This document shows, in pieces, positions 25,440 through 37,051 of a stretch of 64,000 nucleotides of DNA. A program made the translations under genes and the position numbers. The notes under the pieces are model-generated. The model did not search any database. It was given only the letters and a program-made list of their open reading frames with translations, and was not told the DNA's origin. The stretch is from Octopus vulgaris (lineage: Eukaryota), in the NCBI GenBank assembly GCA_951406725.2, contig OX597820.1, positions 101,494,001 through 101,558,000 of the forward strand. Reading direction: 5' to 3'. Positions within the stretch are counted from its first letter, which is position 1; each line of letters opens with the position of its first letter.

Positions 25440-26333
25440 CATTGACTGCAGTACTGAACCAAGAATTTGCACCGGATTTTTGGAGAGCTTTGAAATTTTT
25501 TTAAACATGTTTTTGAAATTGTCTGATAATACAGACACAGACTTGCTAACCAAATGCATCAATAAATTAACATTGATATTTTTTACATCGTTATTACAAT
25601 AATCTGAAATGTAACTGTCAAAACGCGATATTCGGGCAATTTTGCTATTCAACTTCAAGAAAGGACGTAAAGCAGCTGGAACTGCTCGTGATATCAACGA
25701 AACGTTTGGTGAGGAAATGACCAGTGAGTTGCCAGCTCGAAAATGGTTTAAACGATTTCGCAGTGGAAACCTGAGCCTTGAAGATCGTCAATTAGATCGT
25801 CAATTAGAGACCGTCATTGAGAAAGATCCACGTAAAACCACTTGAGAACAGACAAAAGAACGTGAAGTTAGCCAGAAAATTGCCTGCAACCATTTGTATG
25901 CAATCGGATAATCAAAAAAGCTCGACAAATGGGTACCATACAATTTGAATGGAAATCAGAAAATGCGTAGATATAAAATTTGTTGGTCGTTTCTTCTCCG
26001 TAATCAGACCGATCCATTTCTCAACCGTATTGTAACTTGCGATGAAAAGTGGATTTTGTACAATAATAAGAAACGTTCTTCGTTGTAGTAGGACCAAAAT
26101 GATGGTTTCCTGCGAGAGAAGGAGTTCAAAAATGAAACCGATGCTAAAAGTGCGTTCAAAGAGTTCAGAACTCCAGATTTTTATGTTATCGGAATAAACA
26201 AACTTGCAACTCGTTGGCAAAAATGTGTTGAGTGTAATGGTCTTTACTTTGATGAATAAAATTTCCGCATTGTTGAAATATATTGTGATGAATTTCATGT
26301 TTCAAAACGTTGCTTACTTTTCACTCAGCCTGA
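25440..26333 (+). mobile_element. Mariner transposase pseudogene (Hsmar/cecropia-like), internally deleted
   Basis: LLFNFKKGRKAAGTARDINETFGE...KWFKRFRSGNLSLED; KLDKWVPY; RIVTCDEKWILYNN; GINKLATRWQKCVECNGLYFDE. Confidence 0.85.
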
Positions 26334-26524
26334 AATGTTGTTAAATAGCGTTTGTCGCATTGACGACAGATGAAACTGAACCGAAGCAGGTGAAGTGGCT
26401 GAATGCACTTAATAAAACGCTTTGCCAATCTCACCGCTTCCGCCACTCATATCTGGATTGGCTGAACAAGTAGGTTTTACAATTGGTAGAAATTTCACTA
26501 CTCTAATAACAGTTTATAAACTAT

Positions 26525-27013
26525 CAATAATAAATCTTAGAGCGAGTTATAAACAGTAGCTGCAACACATCGTGACATATATTTGCCATTTAAATATGGC
26601 TAACCCCTAATGGTGGATGCTACTGTAGTTTTTAGCCCCAGGAGGCAAATGTACGCCACGATGTGTTGCAGCTACTGTTTATAACTCGCTCTAAGATTTA
26701 TTATTGCTTGTTTACACTTTTTCGATATCAGTGTTTTTACGATATTGGAAAAAGTATATGTATTTGTGAAAGGAACCTACTTTTCATCGACAACTGTGAT
26801 TGTCACACGCCGATGACGGGTCAGTACCCAGAAACTCGAGTCCGTGCGTATCATAAGTTGGAGACGGGAAGGATGGCTTCCCTTTGCAAATACTGATAAG
26901 GCACAGAAAGTGTGTCTATAGCCAGCTGGAGGAGGTGTCCTCCTGGGGCTAAAAACTACACTAGCATCCACCCTTAGGGGTTAGCCATATTTAAATGGCA
27001 AATATACGTCACG
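26525..27013. mobile_element. HHR-bearing non-coding element with inverted segments and 14-bp TSD
   Basis: agtttataaactat at 26511-26524 and 27014-27027. Inverted pairs at 26525-26574/26657-26706 and 26571-26645/26939-27013. Confidence 0.7.
26804..26849 (+). ncRNA. Type I hammerhead ribozyme motif (U4 to C variant)
   Basis: cacg-CCGATGA-c gggt cagt accc a-GAAAC-tcga-GTC-cgtg. Palindromic ACTCGAGT stem III. Confidence 0.65.
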
Positions 27014-27050
27014 AGTTTATAAACTATAAATAAACAATGTGAAAACTTAC

Positions 27051-27172
27051 CTTAATAGGGATACAAACCACGACAAGAATGAGGTCAGCTGATGTTAGAC
27101 TTAAAATGAAATATATTGTTGGTGTTTTTGATTTCACCCAAAGAATGAGACCGCAAATAGTTGTCATATTAC
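27051..27172 (-). CDS. Class A GPCR exon (end of TM1, ICL1, TM2)
   Basis: cag|GT AAT ATG...ATT AAG|gtaagt encodes (G)NMTTICGLILWVKSKTPTIYFILSLTSADLILVVVCIPIK, giving the TM1 GN motif and TM2 LxxxD motif. Phase 1 in, phase 0 out. Confidence 0.93.
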
Positions 27173-27659
27173 CTGCCAGTGAGAAAAGATGAATAATAAA
27201 ATTTACATATGGTTGATATAATCGGTATGTGTTGGTGGAAATAATTTTAAAATTTTATATGATGAAGTAATATGTTAATTAAGTTATATGATAAGTTCTG
27301 TTAAGTTGGCACGAACCTAATTGTGTGAAGTTATAAATTTATATCACGCCTTAAGAAATGTGTCTTTATTCAGTTTTAATTCAAGATTTCTTGCCAATAA
27401 AGAACCGGTTTCTAACCTAGATCCAAAGCCCCTTCATTGGAATTTCAACATCAACAGGGTATGTATGTATGTATGTATGTATGTATGTATGTATGTATGT
27501 ATGTATGTATGTATGTATGATGTATGTGTGTGTGTATGTGTGTGTGTGTGTATGTGCAGATTTGTATGCTTAGTTTTATGTTTGTATTCCTATGCATATA
27601 GTTGCATTTCTAATCATGCTCATATATACTTAAATGATAAATATATGGTAGGCTTTAAA

Positions 27660-28215
27660 GATTTTTAGTTTCAGTGATGTCGCGGATCTGTAGTCTTCGA
27701 ATCAGCTTTCTCCTTTCTGGTTTTGAAAAGCCTAATTTCTCAAGATTGGTATTTGGGCAATGCGTTACATATCCCAGCGCTCCAATAATGACAGGTATAA
27801 ACCCGAACTTGTAATCTGGATAGAGTAGTTGTAGATTCCCCAATAGTTCAGCGTAGGTATTATCTTTTTCACTTATCCGTAGCTTTATGTGAACATCCGC
27901 TGGGAAACTGATTTCTACAGCTGTACATAGTTTCTCTTCTCTATCCAAAATTACTATGTCAGGTCTATTATGTCTACATTTTATTGCTGTTTTCACTAGG
28001 ACATTTCACCAGTACTCCTTTTTATTATGAGTGGCTATGGCTTCTACCATACTGTGGGTTCTTATTTCTTTGGTCTCGGGGTTATCCTTCTGACGGATCT
28101 CATTATACAGTGCCCTAGCTACAAAATCATGTCTCATAGATAGATAATAGTGTAACAACTGCTTTATGACACCTTCGGTGTTAACTGCACAAAGTCTACA
28201 TCGGTTATCTCATTT
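27660..28215 (-). pseudogene. R4/Dong-like LINE C-terminal fragment (zinc finger and RLE)
   Basis: CRLCAV...RHDFVARALY...HNRPDIVILDREEKLCTAVEISFP...EKDNTY...IPVIIGALG. Confidence 0.85.
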
Positions 28216-28826
28216 TGATGTTATTCTTGCGTCTCTGTCTATGTATGTATGCATGCATGCATGTAAGTATGCTTGTATGTCTATATGTTTGTATGCATGC
28301 CTGTATGTATGTATGTATGTATGTATGTATGTATGTATGTATGTATGTATGTATGTATGTATGTATGTATGCATGCTTGTATGCATGCTTGTATGTATGC
28401 ATGTTTGTATGCATGCTTGTATATATGTATGCATGCTCGTATGCATGCTTGTATGTATGTATGTTTCTTTGGGATTTAAGTTTTATGCTTTTCAGAATTA
28501 AAGCCGGTCATCAACTAAGTTGGAAAGCTTTTTTCTTCAAATCAAGACAGTTCTTTGGACTTGTGGTTTTCTGGATTGTTTGATGTATGCATGTGTATGT
28601 GTGTGTGTGTATGTGTGTGTCTGTGCGCGCGCGCGTACATGCATGCACCCGAATAGTGAATGTACATGATATATTGGTATACAGTTGTGTGTTCTTCATT
28701 GCTGTTTATGAACTTTCCAACATACACTCCAATAAGGCGATGTCTTCAAGCCATGCTATTTACGACGCACGATTTTATCAAAGAAAAATAAATGAAACTT
28801 CAAAACGAATGTGTGTGTGTGAGTGT

Positions 28827-28873
<47 letters not shown>

Positions 28874-28892
28874 AAATTAATCTAGAACATAC

Positions 28893-29327
28893 CTATGAAG
28901 CCAACCAACAGCAGGAAAGAGTATGAACACATGACAAGAAGAAATTGTACGATGTTATGTGGAGCTAGTGGATTCTCATATTCCTCTTTTATTTTCTTTA
29001 AATGATCTAAATCCGGACGTTCCATATTACAGATTCCGTAGCATTTGCAAACTAGTTCCTTTAAATACTCAACAGAATATTTATACTCAAAGTTCCAGTT
29101 GTTATATTCTTCTGCGACCTTACATATCTCAGACATGGGTGCAGCTTGTAAGGTACTGTTTTCTTCCGTAGTAACCATCTCTGAGTTTGAATTTACAATG
29201 ACGTGCGATGATAAAGGAGTTCTACTGTTGTTGCTGACGTTGTTGTCTGTCAAATTCTGCGAGGAAATCTCATAGTCGGTCCAAGTTGAATTAAGAAAAA
29301 TTATTGTTTTTATGCCATTATTTATTA
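28893..29327 (-). CDS. Class A GPCR, first identifiable coding exon (N-terminal ectodomain to TM1)
   Basis: Strong acceptor (tcttctttgtatttttttcttcttgttttgcag) and donor ATAG|gtatgt. Frame is open across the exon. Several N-glycosylation sequons (NST, NLT, NVS, NNS) precede a hydrophobic TM1 (IVQFLLVMCSYSFLLLVGFIG). First in-frame ATG is at 29178. Confidence 0.85.
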
Positions 29328-29719
29328 CTGCAAAACAAGAAGAAAAAAATACAAAGAAGATTTAGCATTTAATTCTACATTGGCTTACCTACATTGATTA
29401 TTAACAAAAGAACGGATATATCTACAAACTCAGATCTTGTATGATAAAATCATCATCCCAACACCTAGTTTTAGCTTGTTCAAACCCTTCAATGAATTAG
29501 ACAATTTTTCAGCATAAATTACAAAAGAAATATAAATTATAATTCATTTGAGTCACAGTTACCAACTCATTGGACACCTCTAAAACTCATATATAAACAA
29601 GACCATGTGATTCTGACTCAGTGTTTGCTCAAAAGTCATGAAGGATAGCTGCGTCTTCTTGTAAACCCCACAAATGTAAGTAAACTGGTATTTTTACCGA
29701 GTGTAAGCAAAATTTTTAT

Positions 29720-30240
29720 TTGTCCACACTAAAAACGCGCAAGATAGAAAGAGCCACGAAAGCTCTGATCGAAAAATGCTTGAGGTATGTATGGAACATA
29801 AAGTCGTATATCGCACGTGGTAAAAGCTTTGGCATAGTAGAAGAGAGGTTTTCAACCGAACAACTGGCCAAAGAAAATGCCATGACAACCCTTAAGACCG
29901 AAGAATTACATAGGATTCTCACGTACCTCGGTCAAAGAATTGTTAAAGTGAAGGTGGTGGAGGTGCCACCAGAAATGAACACCTCCTTACTGGCAGCGGT
30001 TGTGTTGTACGGCATAGAGGAGAGATGTAAAATTCTTGAAACATGGAGACACAAAAAGAAAATTGACGTGGTACGGGGAAGGAAATCTTATTGCATGTGG
30101 ATTTTACAACCGCACAAGAGATTCCAGATCTCATCGAGCTCTCTGAAGCTTCAAAGTTATTTGTAGTGGTAGGGGGAACAAAACCCAGATGCTGCATTTA
30201 TGGCAAAAAAAAACCACTTAAAGGCCTTCTGCCCTAGACA
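29720..30240 (+). pseudogene. LINE ORF1 (gag-like) remnant
   Basis: 148-aa ORF with YLGQRIVKVKVVEVPP, followed by a degenerate zinc knuckle KPRCCIYGKKNHLKAFCP. Confidence 0.45.
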
Positions 30241-31304
30241 ATCAAAAGAGAAACCTCGCCCGAGATGAGTTGCAACAAAGGGTTGGCGACCGGGCAGTTT
30301 CAGAAGAACCCGGCATGACCATGGAAGAATGACGGGCACGTCATACAAACAGGTCGCAATGCGTAACATAAATGCTATCACTCCAGAAAATTGTGTTCGT
30401 TGGTATAGACAAGTGGTTCCAAAACCGTGCTCCACGGCGCACCACTGTGCCACAAGATGTAATTAGATGCGCCTCCAAAAAGTAAGATTATATTTCAAAA
30501 TATGAAAAATACAAATCGAAATTCACTAGAAAATTCATATATAAATGTGAAAGTGGCCAAAAAAAAAAACAAGCTAACTAAATACTAAGTTCTACACAAA
30601 GAATGAGAGGTGGTTTTGTCATTCAATTCATTTAGGCTAATTCTGGTATGACAGTGTTATTCAATTTTGAATCTGAAATTTCAAAAGAACTAAATTAGCA
30701 TCCTCGAAATTGACGTCATATGGACATATTCAGTGCACGACTGTTTCAGTTTATTTCGGTCGTAGTCTCAGCAGATTTCATGTCAATGATAAATGTGAAA
30801 ACATAAACTGTTGAACTAAATATATGCATGTATAGGCACACACACACACTGACCCACACACATGCGCACAAATAAACAAAAGGGAACGCAGTGTAAATAA
30901 CGGACAGAGTCAAAACTATTGAAAAGGTTGCAAGACGCAACGAAAATTTTAGAAAAATAAAGAAGGAAATAAGTGGAAATTTTACCGGTGAGTGTGTTAT
31001 ATAATAAGACACTAAAAGAGAATGACTCTCCCCAGACACAATAAATATATGATGTTGAACTAAATCTTTTAATACGCCCTCACGTATTGCGGCTGTATTT
31101 CAATTTCTTTCATTCACGTAGTGGCGAGAATTTTTATCTTTTCAATTAATTTTGAATGGCTTCTCAAAAGAGTCCGATAATATGTGACACGCTTCCACTT
31201 TTCACAGTTCACTGGTCACTTGTCTCAGTCTCAGTTTGACTCTGTAAATAATCTGTGCTCTTTGTGCGAGACAATTCATATTAACAGACTAAATTACCCA
31301 TAAA

Positions 31305-32970
31305 ATGGAAAAGTTTATTAAAAGGGGACATAACCGTGACTAACGAAGACGTGTTGCCCAGAAAGTTGAAAAGACATTTTACAACCAAACACTCACATTT
31401 TCAATGTAAAGATCTGAATTATTTCCAAAGACTGCTAGAACAGCAATTTAAACAAAGAAGCTATTTTGAAAAAAGGATAAATGCTTCTGAAAAGGCTCAA
31501 GTCGCGTCTATTGAGATAGCCTAAATGATTGCACTACAAACGAAATCGCATACTTTAGCAGTGTCGGTTATCTTACCCGCTTGTAGAAAGATGGTTAAAA
31601 CCATGTTAGGTGATGAAGCCGGGCAAGAAATAAGCAAAATTCCGCTCTCAAATAATAGAATCCATAGGAGATTTATGGATTTATCTGCTGATATAAAGGA
31701 AAATGTACGGAACAAACTTCAGAAATCAGAATTTGCTCTACAGGTTGACGAATCAACTGATATTAGCAACAAAGTACAATTACTTACAGTTACCTGCTTT
31801 ATTGATCGTAACCAAATCATAAACCAGTTCTTTTGTTGCGAAGAAATGCCACGTGTTACAAGAGGTCAAGATATTTTTGACATTTTATCCGCCTACCTCG
31901 AACAATGGAATTTATCCTGGAACTCATGTGTTGGAATATGTACTGATGGGGCACCATCTATGACAGGCTCTATTAAAGGTTTTGTATCGCTCAGCCAACA
32001 GCAAATTCTTAATGTTATACGTACTCATTGTTTCCTACATAAGGAAGTACTAGTTTCAAAAACAATACCAGTTGAGTTAAAGTAAGTATTAAACCAAATT
32101 GTTGAAATGGTTAATTATATTAAAAGTAAGCTGCTGAAGTGTCGCTTATTTGAACAAATTTGTATTGATATGGATTCCCAGCACAAGTGTTTACTTTTAC
32201 ACACAAAAGTCAAATGGCTCTCAAAAGGTAAGGTACTACGTCTCATAGATAAACTCCAGAAGAAATTGCATGCGTTTTTCTAAAGAAGTAAAACATGAAC
32301 GCTTCTTGAAATATATTCAATATGAATTTTGAGTTTCCAAGCTGGAATATCTAACAGAGATATTTGCACAACTTAATAGCGTCAACACAATTATGCAAGG
32401 AGGAGATGAAAACATTCCCACTTCGAGAGATAAGCTGGTTTCATTCAAAAAGAAAGTTGTAATTTGGGAAAATAGAGCTGAAGGTGGTAACTTCAAAATG
32501 TTTCTCTTAATACGTAAAAGCTGCATAAAAGAAATGACTCCTATTGTATTTGAACATTTGACAAATCTGGAAGAAAACATAAACTTTTATTTTCCGTCAT
32601 TGAACACAAAAGAGTATGATTGGGTTCGAAACCCCTTCGTAAAATTCCTTCTAATATTGATCTGAAAATATGTGAAGAGGAATTGACATCTATATCTAGT
32701 GATCGCCGACTTAAAAATCAAGTATGCTGAGGTACCTATTGATATATTGTAGAGAATATCCCTCAGTAGCAAAAAAAAAAGCTTTATCCGTTTTGATTCA
32801 GTTTTCCACATCGCACTTATATGAGTTGGGATTTTCAACACTCATTGACATCAAATACAAAAAGTGGGGGAGGCTCCGTTGCATTGAAGAAGAACTGAGG
32901 GTTTGTTTTTCTCAAATATGTCCCAATATTGAAAACTTTCCCCCAAAAAACATCAAGCGCATGTTTCTCA
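31305..32970 (+). pseudogene. hAT (Charlie/Buster, ZBED5/FAM200-like) transposase pseudogene
   Basis: PRKLKRHFTTKH; FALQVDESTDIS; CVGICTDGAPSMTG; THCFLHKE; KWLSKG; FSTSHLYELGFS. Multiple stops and frameshifts. Confidence 0.92.
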
Positions 32971-32999
32971 TTGATAACTTTACTTCAAATACTTTTTTC

Positions 33000-33795
33000 T
33001 ACTCTAGGAACAAGGCCCGAAATTTTGGGGGAGGGGCCAGTCGATGAGATCTACTCCATTACACAGCTGGTTCTTAATTTATCAACCGCGAAAGGATGAA
33101 AGGCAAAATTTGAACTCAGGAGCTCAGCGGAAATTGTACTAAAAACGTAAAGACAGACAAAATACCTATTTCTTTACTACCCACAAGGAGCTAAACACAG
33201 AGAGGACAAACAAGGACAGACAAATGGATTAAGTCGATTATATCGACCCCAGTGCGTAACTGGTACTTATTTAATCGACCCCGAAAAGATGAAAGGCAAA
33301 GTCGACCTCGGCAGAATTTGAACCCAGAACGTAGCGGCAGACGAAATACCACTAAGCATTTCGCCCGGCGTGCTAACGTTTCTTATTTTTTTATTAATCA
33401 CAAGGGGTTAAACATAGAGGGTACAAACAAGGACAAAGGGATTAAGTCGATTACATCGACTCCAGTGCGTAACTACTACTTAATTTATCGACCCCGAAAG
33501 GATGAAAGGCAAAGTCGACCTCGGCGGAATTTGAACTCAGACGAAATACCTGTTTCTTTATTGCCCACAAGGGGCTACACACAGAGGGGACAAACAAGGA
33601 CAGACAAACGGATTAAGTCGATTACATCGACCCCAGTGCGTAACTGGTACTTAATTTATCGACCCCGAAAGGATGAAAGGCAAAGTAGACCTCGGCAGAA
33701 TTTGAACTCAGAACGTAACGGCAGACGAAATACCACTAAACACTTCGCCCGGCGAGCTGGCAGAATCATTAGCACGCCGGGCGAAATGCTTAGCT
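33000..33795 (-). mobile_element. Cluster of tandem SINE family B copies (others about 5570-5780, 16378-17130, 37092, 39148-39380, 43676-43885, 45305-45515, 62820-63052)
   Basis: Shared core gagttcaaatt...gtcgactttgcctttcatcctttcggggtcgataaattaagtaccagt with a B-box-like GAGTTCAAATT. Confidence 0.85.
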
Positions 33796-34880
33796 TCAAA
33801 TATTGAATAAAGAGTAAGTACGTGCCCTTTTTCTGTATTTTTAATAATCTATATATTCAATAATTATCTTAGTGTAGACAGCACCCTTTCTCCGGTGAAA
33901 GAAAAAATGCAAAATCGAAGAAATATATACCTTTCCCAACAAGACATACGCAAACATAATGTATTCAAAATCAGAGAAAATGAGCAAATGTTATAATTGT
34001 GAGTTTCCTTAAAAAGATTAAAAAAGTTGGAATGCGATTTCATGAAGTCTTTAACAATAGATAATGTACTTATGCAAAAGTAAAAGAATACACAGAAAAG
34101 ACATGGACACGATTCAGAGCTTAAAGCATAAACAATGGACGAAAACACATGATTATGATAATGATCATAAGATAAAACTAAAACGGCTATCGTGCTAATT
34201 TGATTGCTTGAAGTGTTAAATAGATTGCTCCGAAACGAATTTGAATGCTCAAAAAAGACGCTTTCTCGCATTCCGACTAATTTCAGTGCTCTCGACTGGC
34301 ATTTTAATTTGAATGATGTAAATGCTAAATTCTGTGACCGGAATTGCGAAATTGAATGATTGTAAAACAAATTTGAACGACGACTAACTTCATGGCGCTA
34401 ATTTTTCCCCGCGACTTTCAACGACCTGATTATAAAATTGAATGACAAACGTACGAAAATGACTGCAGAAACCTATGATATTATTTTGGTTTGGCTCAAG
34501 TTTGATCTTATTCCTGGTAGAAAGTATGTGGATAGTGAGTTACTACCTGTAAACTTAGGTATCCACAAGTTTTCATCAGACTTTCACGTGCTTAAAACCC
34601 TCTTCATAATCCTTGCTATCCCTAAGAGACAAACTTTCTGAAGGAGCTCTACGGGGCATTCAATTTCAATCTCCTCGAGCCAATTGTCTATATCTAGGTT
34701 AATTGTTTACAACGCACCAACTATTGTAGGTGCAACCTTTACTGTTCGCATGCTCCAAATTCTTTCTATTTCAAACGTAAAGGGATTGTATTTTGTTTGT
34801 TTTTCTTTCTCTTTCTTTACAATCCTGGAATCAAACGGGTATGATGAGTCGATAAGTAAGCAACTTCGCTTTTCTTTATC

Positions 34881-35682
34881 CACGAGAAGTCAAAAATTAC
34901 CCGCACTTTCGCCATAATATATTACTGCCTTCTGCACATGCTTACTTATAGTTGGTGCTACACTTTTCTTTCTGGCTTTACAGAGTAAACATGGTCGCTC
35001 CACTAACAATGTGCACCAAAGAAGAACAAAGAGCACTGATCCGATTTCTCTGGTCGGAAGGAGTGCCAGGTGTTGAAATTAGTCGGAGGCATTTAGCTCA
35101 ATATGGGAACTGCACTACCGCGTAGAAGTGTGTATGAGTGAGTCGAGAAGTTTAAAAGTGGCCGGACAAGCGTGACGCACGAAGAGGGAGAAGGATGCCC
35201 GTCAACCTCCACCACGGAGGAGAAGAGTCAGCAAGCTCGAGATATGGTAACGGTCAACCGGTGAGTTATCATCAAGTGAGGTAGCTGAATCTTCTCGTCA
35301 GTGGTGGAGGTTAACGGGAGTCCCGCACTCTCTTCGTGCGTCATGTTGTCCGGTCACTTTTAAACTTCTCGATCCGCTCATACTCACTTCTACGCGGTAG
35401 TGCATTGTCCCCGTATTGTGCCTCTGATGAATTTCAGCACCTGACACACTATCCGGCCAGAGAAATCGGGTCAGTGCTCTTTGTCCTTCTTTGGTGCACA
35501 TTACTAGTGGAGTGACCATGCTTACACTGTAAAGCCAGAAAGAAAAATGGCGTGATCAGGCTCAAACTTCGATCACGTGACCACAATAGTATCAACTATA
35601 AGCACGCATGCGCATAAGGCAGTGTAATAATAATAAAGGTATGTTATGGCAAAAGTGCGGATCATTTTTGACTTCCCCTCAT
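34881..35682. mobile_element. Mariner-derived foldback element (both arms from the 5' end)
   Basis: + arm reads MVAPLTMCTKEEQRALIRFLWSEGVPG...EKFKSGRTSV. Minus arm reads MVTPLVMCTKEGQRALTRFLW. Inverted termini gaagtcaaaaat/atttttgacttc. Confidence 0.85.
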
Positions 35683-35699
35683 ATATATGTATATGTTTC

Positions 35700-36448
35700 A
35701 AGCTGTTTCTAATTTTTCGCATAAATCTTTATATTATTCATGAAAAGGAGATGATTTATCTGACCATTTCCATTTCCCAAATCATAAGCAATTTTATCTT
35801 TCCGTAGTATCATAGTGAGCGGTGTCATGGCCAATACGAATAGTAATGAAGCTAAGCTATCGCCCCTGAAATATTTCACATCTGATGTTCACTTTTCCGA
35901 GTTTTTGTTTCTCTCCGGTCAATTCGGTATTCCAATGTTTCATACTTTCATTAAGCATTTTCTGTATATTTTTTTGCTTTTCCAATCATGCTCATTGTAT
36001 TACTTATCAAACTGTGTGGTACCATGATATATGCTTTCTTTTAATAATCTAGCCATGCTACATTCAGTCCCGTCAATCTGCGTCTACAATTTCTAATTAT
36101 CATTTTATAAACTAAGAAGCTTTCTTTTGTTGCCCTGCTTTGCTTCCTGCATCTTTTCTGCACTTCTGGAAGTGCACTTTACAGATGGTTGTATAACTCC
36201 TCCGCCAAGACACCGTCCATAAGCTTCCTCATTAGTGGTAAGCAGTTTATAGGTCGAAAATTTGATGCAAAGTTCCTTTTCAAGGGATCCTTGAGGCATA
36301 GCAGCGTTCGTCCACTTGTCATCTAGACAGGGACGTGATCTTACTGCTGGCAGTCATCCAGTTGCGAGGCGATCCTTTCATGCAACTGTCTAAAGCTCTT
36401 CAGCCAATAGACTTGTGCTTCCTCTTGATCTGATCCTTTCCAATTTGC
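35700..36448 (-). pseudogene. R4/Dong-like reverse transcriptase fragment
   Basis: NWKGSDQEEAQVYWLKSFRQLHERIA...[10 protein letters not shown]...[15 protein letters not shown]...AWLDY, with stops. Confidence 0.75.
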
Positions 36449-36497
<49 letters not shown>

Positions 36498-37051
36498 GAG
36501 TGAGCGAGCAGAGCATGCCATCAAAGTGACACTGGGGTAAAATATACGAAGCCCAGTATACCCATCATGACTACCCGTCTGATAAGGGTACACCAGGCAC
36601 ATGCATCACAACCATATGTGCGCGACATGATGATCTCATATGAAGATAAACAGCACATGACCTTGCAGGTGGAGCCCAGTTAGAATTTTCTTCAGATCGA
36701 GTAACCCATCCCGCTCAAAAGGTCCCTGAATAAGGGTTGTTTAAGGACGTTGAACGAAACACCCATGTTTCCAGAGGTGAATTATTCAAACCCCAAAGAA
36801 TCCTTCTCAACACATGGCTATGATGCTCCCCCACTACTTCTGGTCGTGATCAGAGATGCACATATCGTCAGCCACTAAGGGACATGCTCAACTGGTTAAG
36901 GTCAAACAACTGACAAGCAAATCTGTGGTATTGAGCAGAATATTTGCTGTAGCCCATCTTTTATACCAAGACAAAACAATGTACATGATAACACTTCCAA
37001 TCAGTTAAGATCAGAAGCCATGAGAGCCACTGCCTGGTACTGCATCAGGGC
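36498..37051. mobile_element. Non-autonomous ~550 bp element flanked by (TAT/TAA)n
   Basis: Homologous to 43025-43601. Both copies are bounded by TAA/TAT microsatellite. Confidence 0.75.
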
